Source of the DNA: an uncultured Verrucomicrobiae bacterium
GTDB lineage: Bacteria > Verrucomicrobiota > Verrucomicrobiia > Chthoniobacterales > UBA10450
NCBI GenBank assembly: GCA_963726745.1
Contig: CAVSDR010000003.1
Span: 928,001-992,000 of the forward strand
Direction of reading: 5' to 3'
Length of the DNA stretch: 64,000 nucleotides
Shown here: positions 29,373-41,300 of the stretch, piece after piece
Layout of the letters: each line of letters opens with the position of its first letter
Numbering within the stretch: position 1 is the first letter of the stretch
Program-made: the position numbers and the translations under genes
The notes under the pieces: generated by a model
Databases searched by the model: none
The model's input: the letters and a program-made list of their open reading frames with translations, nothing else
What the model was told of the DNA's origin: nothing

Positions 29373-30697
29373 AGCTGTGAGCGGAACGGGATCGCCAGCC
29401 ACTCGGTGGTCCGTTCCCAGAGACTGCGCCGTTTGAATTGCTCAAGCGTGTAGGGCTGCGACTGCGCCAGGTCGCGCTCAAAGGCCGCTTCCATTTCCTT
29501 TCCGAACCCCTCGTCGTAGATCACCAGATCGATCTCCTCGTTAATCTCCGAGGAACGCGCGTCCAGGTTGGAGGTTCCCACCATCGAGAACATCCCGTCG
29601 GCTACCATCGTCTTCGCGTGGATCATCGTCGGCTGATACTCGAAAATCTTCACCCCGCCCTCGAGCAGTTCGCCATAAGCGGTGCGTCCGGCCGAGCGGG
29701 TGAGCGGCTGGTCGTTATGCGGTCCCGGCAGGAGCAAGCGCACATCGACTCCGCGCCGCGCGGCCTGGCTCAGTAGGCGCACCTGATCCGCGGTCGGAGT
29801 GCAGTAGGGATTGGTGATCCAAATGCGTTGCTCCGCGGCCGCGAACGTCACCGCCTGGATCAACGGTATCGGCGCGATCGAGAAGGAATGCGACTCGATG
29901 ACGCGCGCCTGTTGCGGGCCGGCTTTGGGCAGCCGGGGAAATTGCCCGGCGCCGGTCAGTGCTTCGCCGTAAGTCTTGATCCAGTGGGCTTGGAAAGCGG
30001 ACTGGAGATCGTTCACTACCGGCCCTTCGATCTGCACCTGCGTGTCGCGCCAGTGTTTCGGATCCTGCGCGTGTCCGTCCCATTTGTCCTCGAACGCGGC
30101 GCCGCCGGTGAAGCCCACTTTCCCGTCGACCACCAGGACGCGACGATGCGAGCGACGATTCGTCCGGTCGATCCGCCAGGAAGCCACCGGATGGTAATAG
30201 GAAAATTTGCAGCCGGCTTCCTGCATCATCCGCACATCGGAATTGTCCAGCGACCAGCCGGACCCGATGCCATCCAGCAAGACGCGCACTTCCACCCCGG
30301 CCCGCGCACGCTCGATGAAAGCGTCGCGAAACTCGTGGCCGATGTGGTCCGACGCGAAAATGTAGGAAGCAAAATTAACCGTCTGCTTGGCGCCGCGGAT
30401 GGCCGCCAGCATCGCCGGGAAATAGGTGTCGCCATTCTCCAGCAAGACGATTTTGTTGCCGGCCACCGGGATCGGATCGGTCAGGCCGAGCGCGGAGCCA
30501 AAGAACTCCGCGGAGTGCACGTTGAAAGTGTGCTCGAGATTAAACTCCATCGTCTGCCGACGAATGAAGAAGAGGCAGAAAACCAGGATGACGCCGAGAG
30601 ACGCCAGGGTGGCGCCGATCCATTCGCCCAAGGTGAAGGTGCCATGCTGCTTCTGCAGCTTGTGCCGGACTTTTGCTCTGGTTGCGCCTTTGGCCAT
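29369..30697 (-). CDS. Cardiolipin synthase-like phospholipase D
   Basis: LLENGD.YF, VRVLLDGIGS; PLD motifs SHRRVLVVDG (variant) and IHAKTMVADG..GTSNLD. Confidence 0.85.
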   Translation of the reverse strand: MAKGATRAKVRHKLQKQHGTFTLGEWIGATLASLGVILVFCLFFIRRQTMEFNLEHTFNVHSAEFFGSALGLTDPIPVAGNKIVLLENGDTYFPAMLAAIRGAKQTVNFASYIFASDHIGHEFRDAFIERARAGVEVRVLLDGIGSGWSLDNSDVRMMQEAGCKFSYYHPVASWRIDRTNRRSHRRVLVVDGKVGFTGGAAFEDKWDGHAQDPKHWRDTQVQIEGPVVNDLQSAFQAHWIKTYGEALTGAGQFPRLPKAGPQQARVIESHSFSIAPIPLIQAVTFAAAEQRIWITNPYCTPTADQVRLLSQAARRGVDVRLLLPGPHNDQPLTRSAGRTAYGELLEGGVKIFEYQPTMIHAKTMVADGMFSMVGTSNLDARSSEINEEIDLVIYDEGFGKEMEAAFERDLAQSQPYTLEQFKRRSLWERTTEWLAIPFRSQL

Positions 30698-30700
30698 CCG

Positions 30701-32296
30701 CTAGTCGCGCTGGACTAACTCCTGCACCTTCCCGAGCAAAGCCGCGCGCGCTTTCTCTTCGTCCTCGTAACCCCAGACTGCAACCTCCAGCATGCGCGCC
30801 CCGATTTCGCGCCGGGCGCGCCAGGCATTGCGCAAGCGGCCCCGGGCGGACCAATCTTCCGTGAGCTCGCTCGGGTCATCGCTAAACGAAGTGCGCCCGT
30901 CCCAATAGCAGTAGAGCACGTCAAGGTTCTGCGCCGGGCCTTGAAAACGATAGGTCCGATACGGCAACCGCACGCCGTGCACCGCGACTGTCTGCAAGCT
31001 CGATTGCCCCTGCATCGTCAGCCCGCTGGCTGGGAGACAAATGTCCGGGCGATGATTTTTCACAAAAAGCGCCGCGGTGCGTCCGGGGAGCCAACGGAAG
31101 TAATACATCAGCCAATCGCGCCCATCAGCCGCTCGCCAGGTCGCGCCGCCCCCTTCGTTGTAAAGCAGAAGCTCCTTGGCCGCCGCCGGCACTTCCGTGA
31201 CGCGGTAGTCATTCGCCTGCACCGGCCAGGCAGCGCTCCAGGAGGGTTGCTTCGAAAGGTCCGGCCCCCGGAAGTGATACCAGGCCGCCGCGCTTCCCTC
31301 GACAAGCAGCATCCAAACAAGCAGCACGCTGGCAAAGCGCAGGGCGCGGGTTTGCACCGGAAGCGGGACCTGTGGCGCGCGCGAAGCTGAAACCGCGGGC
31401 TGCCCACGCACGAGCCAAAGGCTCATTAGCCAGAGTCCAACCAGGCAGATGATGAGGATGGTGAAGCCAGCCGAATCATGCCAGGCGTGGACACCTTCGG
31501 TGCCGGACTTTGCCGCCACGAGACAAAGGATGAGGGTGCGCACCAGGTTGCAGACAAAAGCCAGGACAGCCGCGAGGAAGACCAGGAGGAGCCGGCGCGC
31601 CGCGGTCATGCGATAGAATTCGCCCAGGAAGAGCGCGATCATAAAAGTCGACTGCAACGAGCGCACGCCGGTGCAGGCATCTTCAATTCCAACCAGCCCG
31701 GTAGTCAGCTCGATGACGTTGCCGCGCTGCACCGCGATGGTGCCGATGGCATTCAAGGTTTCGACCACGATCGCGGCATCCGCGCGCATCAGCCCAAGGA
31801 CGATCTGTTGTTCGATCTGTGCCGGCCAGGGCGTGGCCACGAGAAAGAAGACAATCGCAAAGCCGAAGTGCCGGACCCAGGGACGCCCGCCGATGAGATG
31901 CAGCGCGGAAAGCGAAGCAATCACCCCCGCAAGCGAGAGCGCCCAACTCAGCAGCCGCCAATCGGGATTGGCGACGGAAACGATGCGCGCGGGAAGGAGC
32001 GGGAGCAGGCAAAGAAGAGCCAGCAAACTGGCGGTCCAAGGCCAGGAGGGCGCAGCGGGCAGTGGTCGATCCGGCCAACGCCTCGCAAACAGATACAGCG
32101 CGAGAAAGGGCACGGTCCAGCCGTAGCTGTATTGCGGATTGATCGTCCACTCCATCCGCAGGTGATTGACGACCACAAACCAGAGCAGCCCGAAGGCGGC
32201 AGCGACGACGCCCACGATCCAGGTTTGATTGCTCCCGCGCCGCACCATCCCGCCGGCACCGACCGGCGTGGAAAGCTGCGGGAGAGACGAAGACAT
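30701..32296 (-). CDS. Exosortase fused to an EpsI-like C-terminal domain
   Basis: W..NPQYSYGW.VP, IEDACTGVRSL (catalytic Cys), NLVR, WHD; C-terminal H.PDICLPASG and YCYW. Confidence 0.85.
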   Translation of the reverse strand: MSSSLPQLSTPVGAGGMVRRGSNQTWIVGVVAAAFGLLWFVVVNHLRMEWTINPQYSYGWTVPFLALYLFARRWPDRPLPAAPSWPWTASLLALLCLLPLLPARIVSVANPDWRLLSWALSLAGVIASLSALHLIGGRPWVRHFGFAIVFFLVATPWPAQIEQQIVLGLMRADAAIVVETLNAIGTIAVQRGNVIELTTGLVGIEDACTGVRSLQSTFMIALFLGEFYRMTAARRLLLVFLAAVLAFVCNLVRTLILCLVAAKSGTEGVHAWHDSAGFTILIICLVGLWLMSLWLVRGQPAVSASRAPQVPLPVQTRALRFASVLLVWMLLVEGSAAAWYHFRGPDLSKQPSWSAAWPVQANDYRVTEVPAAAKELLLYNEGGGATWRAADGRDWLMYYFRWLPGRTAALFVKNHRPDICLPASGLTMQGQSSLQTVAVHGVRLPYRTYRFQGPAQNLDVLYCYWDGRTSFSDDPSELTEDWSARGRLRNAWRARREIGARMLEVAVWGYEDEEKARAALLGKVQELVQRD

Positions 32297-32324
32297 GACC
32301 TGCGTCTTAGCAGGTTGCGCGCCC

Positions 32325-33497
32325 CTACGCCACTGGCGTCCGCGGCTGCAGGGCCCGAAGCTTCTCGATCACTCCCGGCACGAGAGCGAGCGCGCGCTCG
32401 ATCTCTTCGTCATGGTTCAGTCGGCTAAGGGAAAATCGCAGGCTGCTGCGCACACGCTCGTCGCTTAGGCCCATCGCACGGAGCACATGCGAAGGCTCGG
32501 GCGAACCGCTCCGGCAGGCCGAGCCCGCTGAGCAGCAAAGATTCGCCTGGTCGAGCAGGATGAGCGCCGCTGCGGAATCCACGCCGGCGAAGGAAAGACT
32601 GGCGGTGTTCGGCAAGCGCGCGGTCGGATCGCCATTCACCGCCGCGCCAGGAACAGCCGCCAGCACGCCGCTTTCAAAGCGATCTCGCAGCGCCTGCACG
32701 CGAGGCATCTCGCTGGCTAATTTCTCCCGGGCCAATTCCGCCGCTTTCCCGAAGCCGACAATGCCCGCGACGTTCTCGGTTCCCGCGCGCCGGCCTTCTT
32801 CCTGGCTGCCGCCTAGCTGGCGCGCGCGGAAAGCCGTGCCGCGCTGCACGTAGAGCGCGCCCACGCCTTTCGGCCCATGAAGCTTGTGCGCGGAGAGCGA
32901 AAGAAAATTAGCCGGCAACTCGTCCGCGGCGATCGGCACCTTCCCCGCCGCCTGCACCGCGTCGCTGTGGAAAAGCACCCGTTTCCGGCGCGCGATCTCC
33001 GCGATCTCGCGCACCGGGAAAAGCACACCGGTCTCGTTGTTGGCCCACATCACGGAGACGATCGCAGTCGCGGGCGTGATCGCGGCCTCGAGTGCATCGA
33101 GATCGATCCGTCCCAAGTGGTCGACGCCAAGGAAGGTCACCGGGTGCCCGCGCTCCTGAAGTTGCTGGCAAAATTGCCGGGTCGCGCTGTGTTCCACCGC
33201 CGTGGTCACAACCCCCTGGCGGGTCGGGTCGAGCGCGAGCGCGGAGGCCAGCGCGGTGTTGCTCGCTTCCGTGCCGCAACTGGTGAAAACGATCTCGCCC
33301 GGCCGCGCGCCGATCAGCGCCGCGACCTGCGCGCGCGCGTGCTCGATCGCCTCGCGCGCCTGCGCGCCAAAGCGGTAACCGCTCGAGGGATTACCGTAGT
33401 AGCTGGTGAGGAACGGCAGCATCGCCTCGACCACCGCCGGGTCGAGCGCAGTGGTGGCGTTGTTGTCGAGATAGATGATCTGCGCGGGCTCGAGCAC
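32325..33497 (-). CDS. Cysteine desulfurase (NifS/IscS family)
   Basis: IYLDNNATT, YGNPSS, FHSDAVQ, LSAHKLHGPKG, SAGSAC. Confidence 0.93.
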   Translation of the reverse strand: MLEPAQIIYLDNNATTALDPAVVEAMLPFLTSYYGNPSSGYRFGAQAREAIEHARAQVAALIGARPGEIVFTSCGTEASNTALASALALDPTRQGVVTTAVEHSATRQFCQQLQERGHPVTFLGVDHLGRIDLDALEAAITPATAIVSVMWANNETGVLFPVREIAEIARRKRVLFHSDAVQAAGKVPIAADELPANFLSLSAHKLHGPKGVGALYVQRGTAFRARQLGGSQEEGRRAGTENVAGIVGFGKAAELAREKLASEMPRVQALRDRFESGVLAAVPGAAVNGDPTARLPNTASLSFAGVDSAAALILLDQANLCCSAGSACRSGSPEPSHVLRAMGLSDERVRSSLRFSLSRLNHDEEIERALALVPGVIEKLRALQPRTPVA

Positions 33498-33503
33498 AGC
33501 GTT

Positions 33504-33848
33504 TTATTCCGGCGGACGCGGTTCGTTGCCCGGATGTTTCGGATGCTGATGGGTGTAGCGGAAATAGAGATTCCGCAGGTAAATCGGGAGCGGCAGCGCG
33601 GTCATGATCACGCCCACGGAGTCGCGCTGATACATCGCAAAATAACTCAAGGTGAGAATGCTCCCGACGGCGCTGCATTCCCAAAAACCGAAAGGAATCA
33701 CACTCTTGCGTGCCTTCTCCGAGGCGATCCATTGGATCAGGAAACGCACGCCGAAAATGAGGCTGCCGCTCAGGCCGACGATCTTCCACGGATGAATCGC
33801 GATCCCGAAGACGTGCGTCTCGGCGAGGAGAAAGTGAAGGCTGTTCAT
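33504..33848 (-). CDS. Lipid-A-disaccharide synthase N-terminal (LAB_N) domain membrane protein
   Basis: FGVRFLIQWIASEKARKSVIPFGFW and IYLRNL. Confidence 0.8.
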   Translation of the reverse strand: MNSLHFLLAETHVFGIAIHPWKIVGLSGSLIFGVRFLIQWIASEKARKSVIPFGFWECSAVGSILTLSYFAMYQRDSVGVIMTALPLPIYLRNLYFRYTHQHPKHPGNEPRPPE

Positions 33849-33902
33849 GGGCGCAAGGTAGCGCATGCTTCCCGCTTGCGAAGTCTTTGCTAGGTTCCAT
33901 CA

Positions 33903-35014
33903 ATGACGTCCATCTGGGAGCTGGCCAATGCGCAGTTGCGCGACCTCGCGGTCTACGAACCGGGGAAGCCGATCGAGGAAACAGCGCGCGAGCTGGGAGC
34001 GGACGCCGCCAGCATCATCAAGCTGGCCTCGAACGAAAACCCGCTCGGCCCTTCGCCGAAAGCGATCGAGGCGATGCGCGCTGCCCTCGCCGGAACGCAT
34101 CTCTACCCGGATGGCGGCGGCTATTACCTGCGCGAAGCGCTCGCGCAACAAACTCGGGGTCACCCGCGAGCACCTCATTCTCGGCAGCGGCTCGAATGAA
34201 GTGCTCGAGTTCCTCGGCCACGCTTTTCTCCATCCCGGCGCGGAGATCGTGATCTCGCAGCACGCTTTCGTGGCCTACAAATTGATCGCCGCGGTTTTCG
34301 GCGCGCGCACGATCGAGGTCCCGAGCCCGGATTACCGGCATCACCTCGATGCGATGCTGGCCGCAATCACGCCCGCGACCCGGCTGGTCTTTATCGCGAA
34401 CCCGAACAACCCCACCGGCACGTTGCTCACGCAGGCGGAGATCGACGATTTCATGCGGCAACTTCCCGGCCACGTCGTGGTCGCGTTCGACGAAGCCTAT
34501 TTCGAATACGTCGATGCGCCGCCGGACACGATCCAATACGTGCGCACGCAGCCGAACGTGATCGTGCTCCGCACCTTCTCGAAAATCCAGGGGCTCGCGA
34601 GCCTGCGCGTCGGCTACGGCGTGGCCCATCCGGAACTCATCCGGGTGTTGCAGAAAACGCGGCAACCTTTCAACGTCAACGGCCTCGGCCAGGCGGCCGC
34701 GCTCGCCGCGCTCGGCGACTCCGAGCACCAGCGCCGGACGAAGGAATTGACCGATGACGGCCGCGCTTATTTCGAGCGCGAGCTCGCGCGGCTTGGGCTC
34801 GAGTTCGTCCCCAGCGCAGCCAATTTCGTCCTCGTGCGCGTGGGCGATGGCGGCGGCGGTTTTCCGCGAACTGCTCGCGCGCCACATCATCGTGCGCGCG
34901 CTTAAAGGCTATGATCTCGCTGCCTGGATCCGCATTTCCATCGGCACGATGGCACAAAACCGCGCCTGCCTGGCCGCGCTCGAGGAAGTGCTGGCCGCCG
35001 TCGCCGCGCCCTAG
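33903..35014 (+). CDS. hisC: Histidinol-phosphate aminotransferase (shifts near 34145 and 34855)
   Basis: [51 protein letters not shown]. Confidence 0.9.
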
Positions 35015-35017
35015 CAC

Positions 35018-36349
35018 GTGGACCCGCACGGCTCCGGCGAGACCATCGCCGCCATCTCCACCGCGGTCGGCGAAGGCGCGATTGCACTCGTTAGGCTTTC
35101 CGGGCCGGAAGCGGTCGCGATTGCCGACCGGCTTTTCCGCGGAAAAGCGCTCCCGTCGGCCTTCAGTTCGCACACGCAGCATCTCGGCGAATTGGTGGAA
35201 GACGGGCGTGTGATCGACCAGGTGGTGCTGGTGGTCCAGCGGGCGCCGCACAGCTACACCGGCGAGGACGTGGTGGAGATCAGTTGCCACGGTGGCGTGA
35301 TCGTGACCGGGCAGGTGCTGGCAGCGTGCTTGCAGGCTGGCGCGCGCGCGGCGCGGCCGGGCGAGTTTACCGAGCGCGCCTTTTTAAACGACAAGATGGA
35401 CCTGACCCAGGCCGAGGCGGTGATCGATCTGATCCGCGCGCAGACCGATCTCGCGGCCCGCTCTGCGACCGAGCAACTGCAGGGTCAGCTCGGCCGCGCG
35501 ATCGGCGCGCTCAACCAGGAGATCGTGGACCTGCTGGCGCACCTCGAGGCGGCGATTGATTTTCCGGAGGAAAACATTGCGCCCGACGAGGGCGAAAAGT
35601 TGCGCGCGCGCCGGGAGAAAGTGCTGGCTAAAATCGACGCGCTCCTCGCGACCGAGACGCGCGGCCGCATCCTGCGCGAAGGCTTGCGCGTGGTCATCTA
35701 CGGCCCGGTGAATGCCGGCAAGTCGAGCCTGCTTAACCGCCTCCTCGGCTACGAGCGCGCGATCGTGAGCCATCTGCCAGGGACCACGCGCGACACGATC
35801 GAGGAAGTGATCAACCTGCGCGGGATTCCGCTGCGCCTGCTCGACACCGCCGGCCTGCGGGAAACAGACGACGAGCTGGAACGCGCGGGGATCGCCCGGA
35901 CCGAGGAGTCGTTAGGCCGGGCCGATCTGGTGCTGCACGTGCTCGACCGGAGCGCGCCGCGGCCGGCCAATTTTAGCCAGCGAGATGAAGCGCGCGAGAT
36001 CCTGCTCTTGAACAAGAGCGACCTGCCCGAGCACACCGATTGGGCTGGCGTGGGGGCGCTCCGCATTTCCTGCCAGACCGAGGACGGCCTCGCCGGACTC
36101 GACGAGCACATCCTCGCGCAACTCGGCGCCCGACATCTGGGTGCGGAAAGCAGCGTGGCGATCAACACCCGCCATCGCGACTGCCTGCGGCGCGCGCGCG
36201 ACCTTGCGGCGGCGGCGCCGCTGACGGAGCCGGAGCTGGCCGCGCTCGACCTGCGCGCGGCCCTTCAGGCAAGCACGGAAGTGATCGCGCTGGAAAGCGA
36301 CGACGCCGTCCTCGACTCGCTCTTCGCGCAATTCTGCATCGGCAAATGA
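35018..36349 (+). CDS. mnmE: tRNA modification GTPase MnmE
   Basis: [46 protein letters not shown], terminal FCIGK. Confidence 0.97.
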   Translation: MDPHGSGETIAAISTAVGEGAIALVRLSGPEAVAIADRLFRGKALPSAFSSHTQHLGELVEDGRVIDQVVLVVQRAPHSYTGEDVVEISCHGGVIVTGQVLAACLQAGARAARPGEFTERAFLNDKMDLTQAEAVIDLIRAQTDLAARSATEQLQGQLGRAIGALNQEIVDLLAHLEAAIDFPEENIAPDEGEKLRARREKVLAKIDALLATETRGRILREGLRVVIYGPVNAGKSSLLNRLLGYERAIVSHLPGTTRDTIEEVINLRGIPLRLLDTAGLRETDDELERAGIARTEESLGRADLVLHVLDRSAPRPANFSQRDEAREILLLNKSDLPEHTDWAGVGALRISCQTEDGLAGLDEHILAQLGARHLGAESSVAINTRHRDCLRRARDLAAAAPLTEPELAALDLRAALQASTEVIALESDDAVLDSLFAQFCIGK

Positions 36350-37362
36350 GCGCGCTTTACCAGGCACTCGTCCGGCCGGGACTCTTCGCGCTCGACCCGG
36401 AGCGGGCGCATCATCTCGCGCTCGGCGCGCTCGAGCGGGCCTCGGCCTTCCCGCCAGCGCTGGCGTTTCTCCGCCGCTTCCAGCCACCGCGAAAACCGGT
36501 TTCGCTTTTCGGGCTCACCTTCCCCAATCCCGTCGGTCTCGCGGCCGGCTTCGACAAGAACGGCGTCGCGTTGCCGGCATGGGAGGCGCTCGGGTTTGGC
36601 TTCGTCGAGCTCGGCACGGTGACCGCGCGCGCGCAGCCGGGGAATCCGCGCCCGCGCATTTTTCGCTACCCGGAGCACGGCGCGCTTGATCAATCGCCTC
36701 GGCTTTAACAACGACGGCGCGGATGCGATTGCGGAGCGACTGCGAAGGCTGCGCGCGCGCGGCGGCTGGCCGCTCATTCCCGATCGGGATCAACCTCGGC
36801 AAATCGAAAACGACGCCGCTGGAGAAAGCGGCGGAGGATTACCTCCATTCTTTCCGGCGGCTGCGCGAATTTGCCGACTACCTGGTGCTGAACGTGAGCT
36901 CGCCGAACACGCCCGGCCTGCGCTCGCTCCAGGAGCACGAGGCGCTGGCGAAGTTGCTCGGCGCGATGCAGCGCGAGAACGCCCGCGGGCCGCGGAAGCC
37001 GGTGCTGCTGAAAATCGCGCCCGACCTGGGCGACGACGATCTCGGGCAAATCATCGCCACGCTGCGAGGCGCACGAAATTGCCGGCATTATCGCGACCAA
37101 CACCACGCTCGATCACCGCGCGCTCGCGGGCGCGCAGGACGAGACCGGCGGCCTGAGCGGAGCGCCGTTGCGGGCGCGCGCGACTGAAGTGGTCGGCAAA
37201 ATAGCCAGCCAGACGCAGCTGCCGGTGATCGGCGTGGGCGGGATCGCGGACGCGGCGAGCGCGCGGGAGAAACTCGCGGCGGGCGCGAAATTGATTCAGC
37301 TCTACACGGGCTACATCTATCGCGGCCCGGGGTTGCTCCGCGAAATTTGCGCGGCGCTTTAG
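36346..37362 (+). CDS. pyrD: Quinone-dependent dihydroorotate dehydrogenase (shifts near 36685, 36780 and 37065)
   Basis: [69 protein letters not shown]. Confidence 0.92.
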
Positions 37363-37423
37363 CCTCTGGCGGCAGGCAATGTTGTCCCTTTAGTTTTCTG
37401 AGCGCTTTCGCTAAGATCGACAA

Positions 37424-38311
37424 ATGGCCGTCGCGCCTCCGCTCCCCATCTCCCAGATCAACGACCATTCCAGCGAAAGCTCCTGCGGCCCGGTGCAGGT
37501 CGAGCAACTGCGCAAAGTGCCGCTCTTCGACGGCCTCACGGCGGGCGCGACCGAACGTCTCTGCGCGCTCCTGACGCTGCGCGAATTCAAGGCGCCCACC
37601 CGCCTCTTCAACGCGGGCGACTCCGGCGACGCGATGTATTTGATCGAGCGCGGCAAGGTGCAGATCACCGTGACCGATGCCGATGGCCACGAGGTCACGC
37701 TCTCGGAATTGCACGAGGGCGAGTTCTTCGGCGAGATGGCTTTGATCGATGGCGAGGAGCGCTCCGCGGGCGCGACCGTGCTGGAGGATTCGCGCCTGGC
37801 GATGCTCACGCGAAAGGATTTTCTCGCCTTCATCACGAGCGATTCGCAGGTCACGCTGGCGATGCTCGCGGCCATGGCGCGCCGGCTCCGGCGCACGGAC
37901 AATCTCCTGCGGCATCGCGTTTCGCGGAACCCGAACGTCGAGGCCGCGGCCCACACGACTTTAGCCGACCGGATGGCGGACTCGATCGCGAGCTTTGGCG
38001 GAAGCTGGAAGTTTATCACCGGCTCGGTGATTTTCCTCGGCGGCTGGATCGTGGTGAACCTCGTCTTCAACCGGACGTTCGATCCCTACCCGTTCGCTTT
38101 TCTGCTTTTCATCCTAAACATCCTGCAAGCTTTCCAGGCGCCGATCATCATGATGTCGCAAAACCGGCAGACGGAAAAAGACCGTCTGCGCGCCGACCTC
38201 GACTACGAGGTCAACTTGAAGAACGAACTGCTGCTCACGGAAATCCGCACCGTCCTCGCCGAGCAGGAACGCCGACGGCGCGAAGAGCGCGCGGGATTTA
38301 GTCGGGATTAA
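37424..38311 (+). CDS. Cyclic-nucleotide-binding domain + DUF1003 membrane protein
   Basis: GEFFGEMALIDGEERSA; DRMADSIASFGGSW, FDPYPF, APIIMMSQNRQ. True start may lie slightly downstream. Confidence 0.85.
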   Translation: MAVAPPLPISQINDHSSESSCGPVQVEQLRKVPLFDGLTAGATERLCALLTLREFKAPTRLFNAGDSGDAMYLIERGKVQITVTDADGHEVTLSELHEGEFFGEMALIDGEERSAGATVLEDSRLAMLTRKDFLAFITSDSQVTLAMLAAMARRLRRTDNLLRHRVSRNPNVEAAAHTTLADRMADSIASFGGSWKFITGSVIFLGGWIVVNLVFNRTFDPYPFAFLLFILNILQAFQAPIIMMSQNRQTEKDRLRADLDYEVNLKNELLLTEIRTVLAEQERRRREERAGFSRD

Positions 38312-38361
38312 CGGCGGCGGCGCGGGGGAAAATCCCGGCAGAGGCCCGGCCTCGCGCGTGG

Positions 38362-41300
38362 CTAGCGCATCTGGTAAATTTCGACCGAGGAGATGCCCGT
38401 GGTGTTGTTCTTCCCGCGAACGACGGCGCTGTAGCTGCCGGGATCGAGGCTGATCCGGAGCGCGGCTTCCTTGTCGTCCTTTGGCTGCAAGCCGGTGGCT
38501 TCGATGTCGCTGCGCGAGCCGACGCCGGCACCGCTCTGGGTTTTCCAGTTGTCGTTCGAGAAGACCTTCACCGAACCGCGGTAGATATCGAGCGTGGGAT
38601 CGGCCATGGCGTTGCTGATGCCGGCCGCCTTCAGGCTCGGCCCGAGAGCGCGCACGATGACTTCCTGCGCGGTGCCCGGTTCGTTGTTCGGCGCGGAGAC
38701 GATAAAGCCGGCAATGAGCGCGCCGTTATCGCCTTCGTTGACCTTGCCGCGGGTGGAGATGTTAACCAACCGGCTGACGGTGGTCGCACCGAGATCGTAG
38801 ACCTCGACCAGGCCGACGCCGTTGGTGGTGCCGCGCAAGATGGCGGTGTGCGGGCCGGCATTGAGCGTGGTCGACGAGGGCGGCCTCGCGCGTGTCCTCC
38901 GGCTTGAGGCCGTTGGCCGCGAGCGTCTGCTGGTCGCCGGCGGAATTGGTCGTGTAGTTGTCGTTATACCCGATCTGGTTGCCGTTCGAATCCATCAGCT
39001 GGACCGACGGATCCTGGATGGCATTGACCACGCCGCGCTGGGTGAGCGACGGCCCGAGGCCACGGATGATCACCTGCTTGCTGTCGCCTTGGACGATGAA
39101 CCCGGCAATCATGACGCCTTCCGCCTGCTCCACCGGGCCGCGGGTGGAGACGTTTCGCAGCTTCGTGCGCAGATCGAAATTATTGACCGTGACCGTAGCG
39201 CTCGAAGTGCCGCCTAATTCCGCGCCGCTGCTCGGATTCGAGAGGGTGACTTTGAACTGTTTCGAAGGCGTGCCCGCCGGTTGCGCCGTGAGCGGAACGG
39301 TGATGGTCCGCGAGGTTTCACCGGCGGCAAAGGTGAGCCGTCCAGAAGTCGCAGTGTAATCGGTGCCGGCCTGCGCCGTCAGGTCCGAGGTGGCGTAGTC
39401 GACGGTGAAGATGCCGTTCGGATTGCCCAGGCGCGAAAGCGTGACCGTGAGGGTGGCGCTGCCGCTGGAATTGTTCACCGCGTAAGTCGGCGAGCTGAAC
39501 TGGAAGGTGGTGGCGTCGTTATCCGCGATCGTAACGGTGGCCCGGCCGCTGCCGATGCGCGGCGCGCTTCCGTTCGTTGCGCCAAGAGGATTCGACAGGA
39601 CCACGTAGAAGAACTGGCTGCCTTCCTTGGTCGTGTTGTCGACAATCGGGACCGTGATCGTCTGCCGGGTGACGCCGGCGTTGAAGGTCAGGCGGCCGCT
39701 GGTGCGGGTGTATTTTCTGTCCGCCGCGGCGGTGCCGTCGGTGGTCGCGTAGTCGACCGTGACCACTTCGGCGGGATCGCCCACGCGCAGGGCTTCGACG
39801 GTCAAGGTGACCGAGCCAGAGCCTTCATCGATGCTGTAATCCGTGGGGTTGAAGCGGAAGGTCGTGGCATCGTTGTCGAGGATGTTGACCGTGGCCGTGC
39901 TCTGGCCGCCGACGAATCCGGTGCCGGTGGGCGAAGTGAGCGTGACCGTGAAAGTGAGCGTGGGATCGGCGGTGGCGTCGTCGATGATCGGGATCTGGAT
40001 GACCTTCGAGACCTCGCCAACGCCGAAGGTGACGCTCCCGGTAGTGGCCTGGTAATTCACGCCGGCGACGGCGGTGCCGTCGCTGGTGGCGTAGTTTACC
40101 GTGGCGGAAACGCCGAGGCCGCCCGAGCGGGTGACCGTGAGATTGGCGAAGCCGGCGCCTTCATCGACATCGAACGACTTCGCGGAGAAGCCGATCGTGG
40201 CCGAAGGCGAATCGTCATCCGCGATCTCGACCGTGGCGGTGGCAGCGGTGCCCACGGCGACGCCCGGGCCGGGATTGGAGAGCGCAACGAAGAAGTTCTC
40301 GGTGCTCTCGATCAGGTTGTCGTTCAGGATTTGGACGGTGATCGGCTTGCTGGTTTCGCCGGGGCCGAAGGTGAGCGTGCCCGAGGTGCCGACATAGTCA
40401 GCACCTTCCAAAGCGGTGCCGCTGTAGGTGCGATATTGCACGGTGAGCGTGTTGTTCGGATTCCCCTGCCGGCTGGCGACGACCATGACCGTGACCGTTC
40501 CTCCGAGCTCTGAAACGGTGTAATTGGCAGGGCTGAACTGGACGATGCTCTGCACGTCGTCATCGATGATCGTGACAATCGCGCTGCCCGGGGTGCCGAT
40601 GATTGATCCCGGGCTGGGGTCATTCAAGGTCACCCGGAAGGTCTCCGGATCTTCACTGATGGTGTCGTTATTGATCGGGACGAGAATCGTCTTGCTGGTC
40701 TCACCGGGCGCGAAGGTGAGCGTGCCGGAAACCGGCGAGAAATCGAAGCCGGCGTAGGCGCTAATCGGTGTGGCGGTAAAGTTGATCGAGGAAGCGCGGG
40801 AAGCGTCGCCGTTCGGGATCAGGTTGACCGTGAGGACGGCATTCCCGGCGTTTTCGACCACGCTGTAAGTCGCGCTGCTGAACTGGATGACGTTGCCGAG
40901 ATCGTCGTCCGTGATCGTGACCTTGGTGGTCGAGATGCTGCCTAATTGCGCCACGTCGCTGCTCAGGAGCGTGAGGTGAAAGGTGACGTCGCCCTGGATG
41001 AGCGTGTTATCCGGGATCGGGATGATGATCGTTTTCACGTGCTCGTTATCCACCACGACAGTGCGCGGCGGAGTCCCGATCTGCGCGAGCAACGGAGCGA
41101 AACGAATCTCGCCGGAAGTGGGCGTGAAATTGACGCCCGCCTGGGCGGTGTCGCCCGCGCGCAGTTCGGTGGTGTAGCGCGCGATCGTGCCATTCACATC
41201 GAAAGCGCCGAAGCGGACCACGGTAATGGCAATGGCTGCCTGGTCGCCTTCGCGGAAACGATGCGCGGTGGTGAGGAACTGGACCGTGTTCGGGCCGCTA

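Noticed and set aside
539..38900. Frameshifts in about ten genes (membrane protein, both pseudokinases, SDR, SNF2, znuA-like, hrpB, hisC, pyrD, Calx-beta) as pseudogenes or programmed frameshifting
   Set aside because: They hit conserved housekeeping genes at scattered positions with no other decay and no shared slippery site, and some compensate each other. Long-read consensus indels are the simplest explanation; read polishing would confirm.
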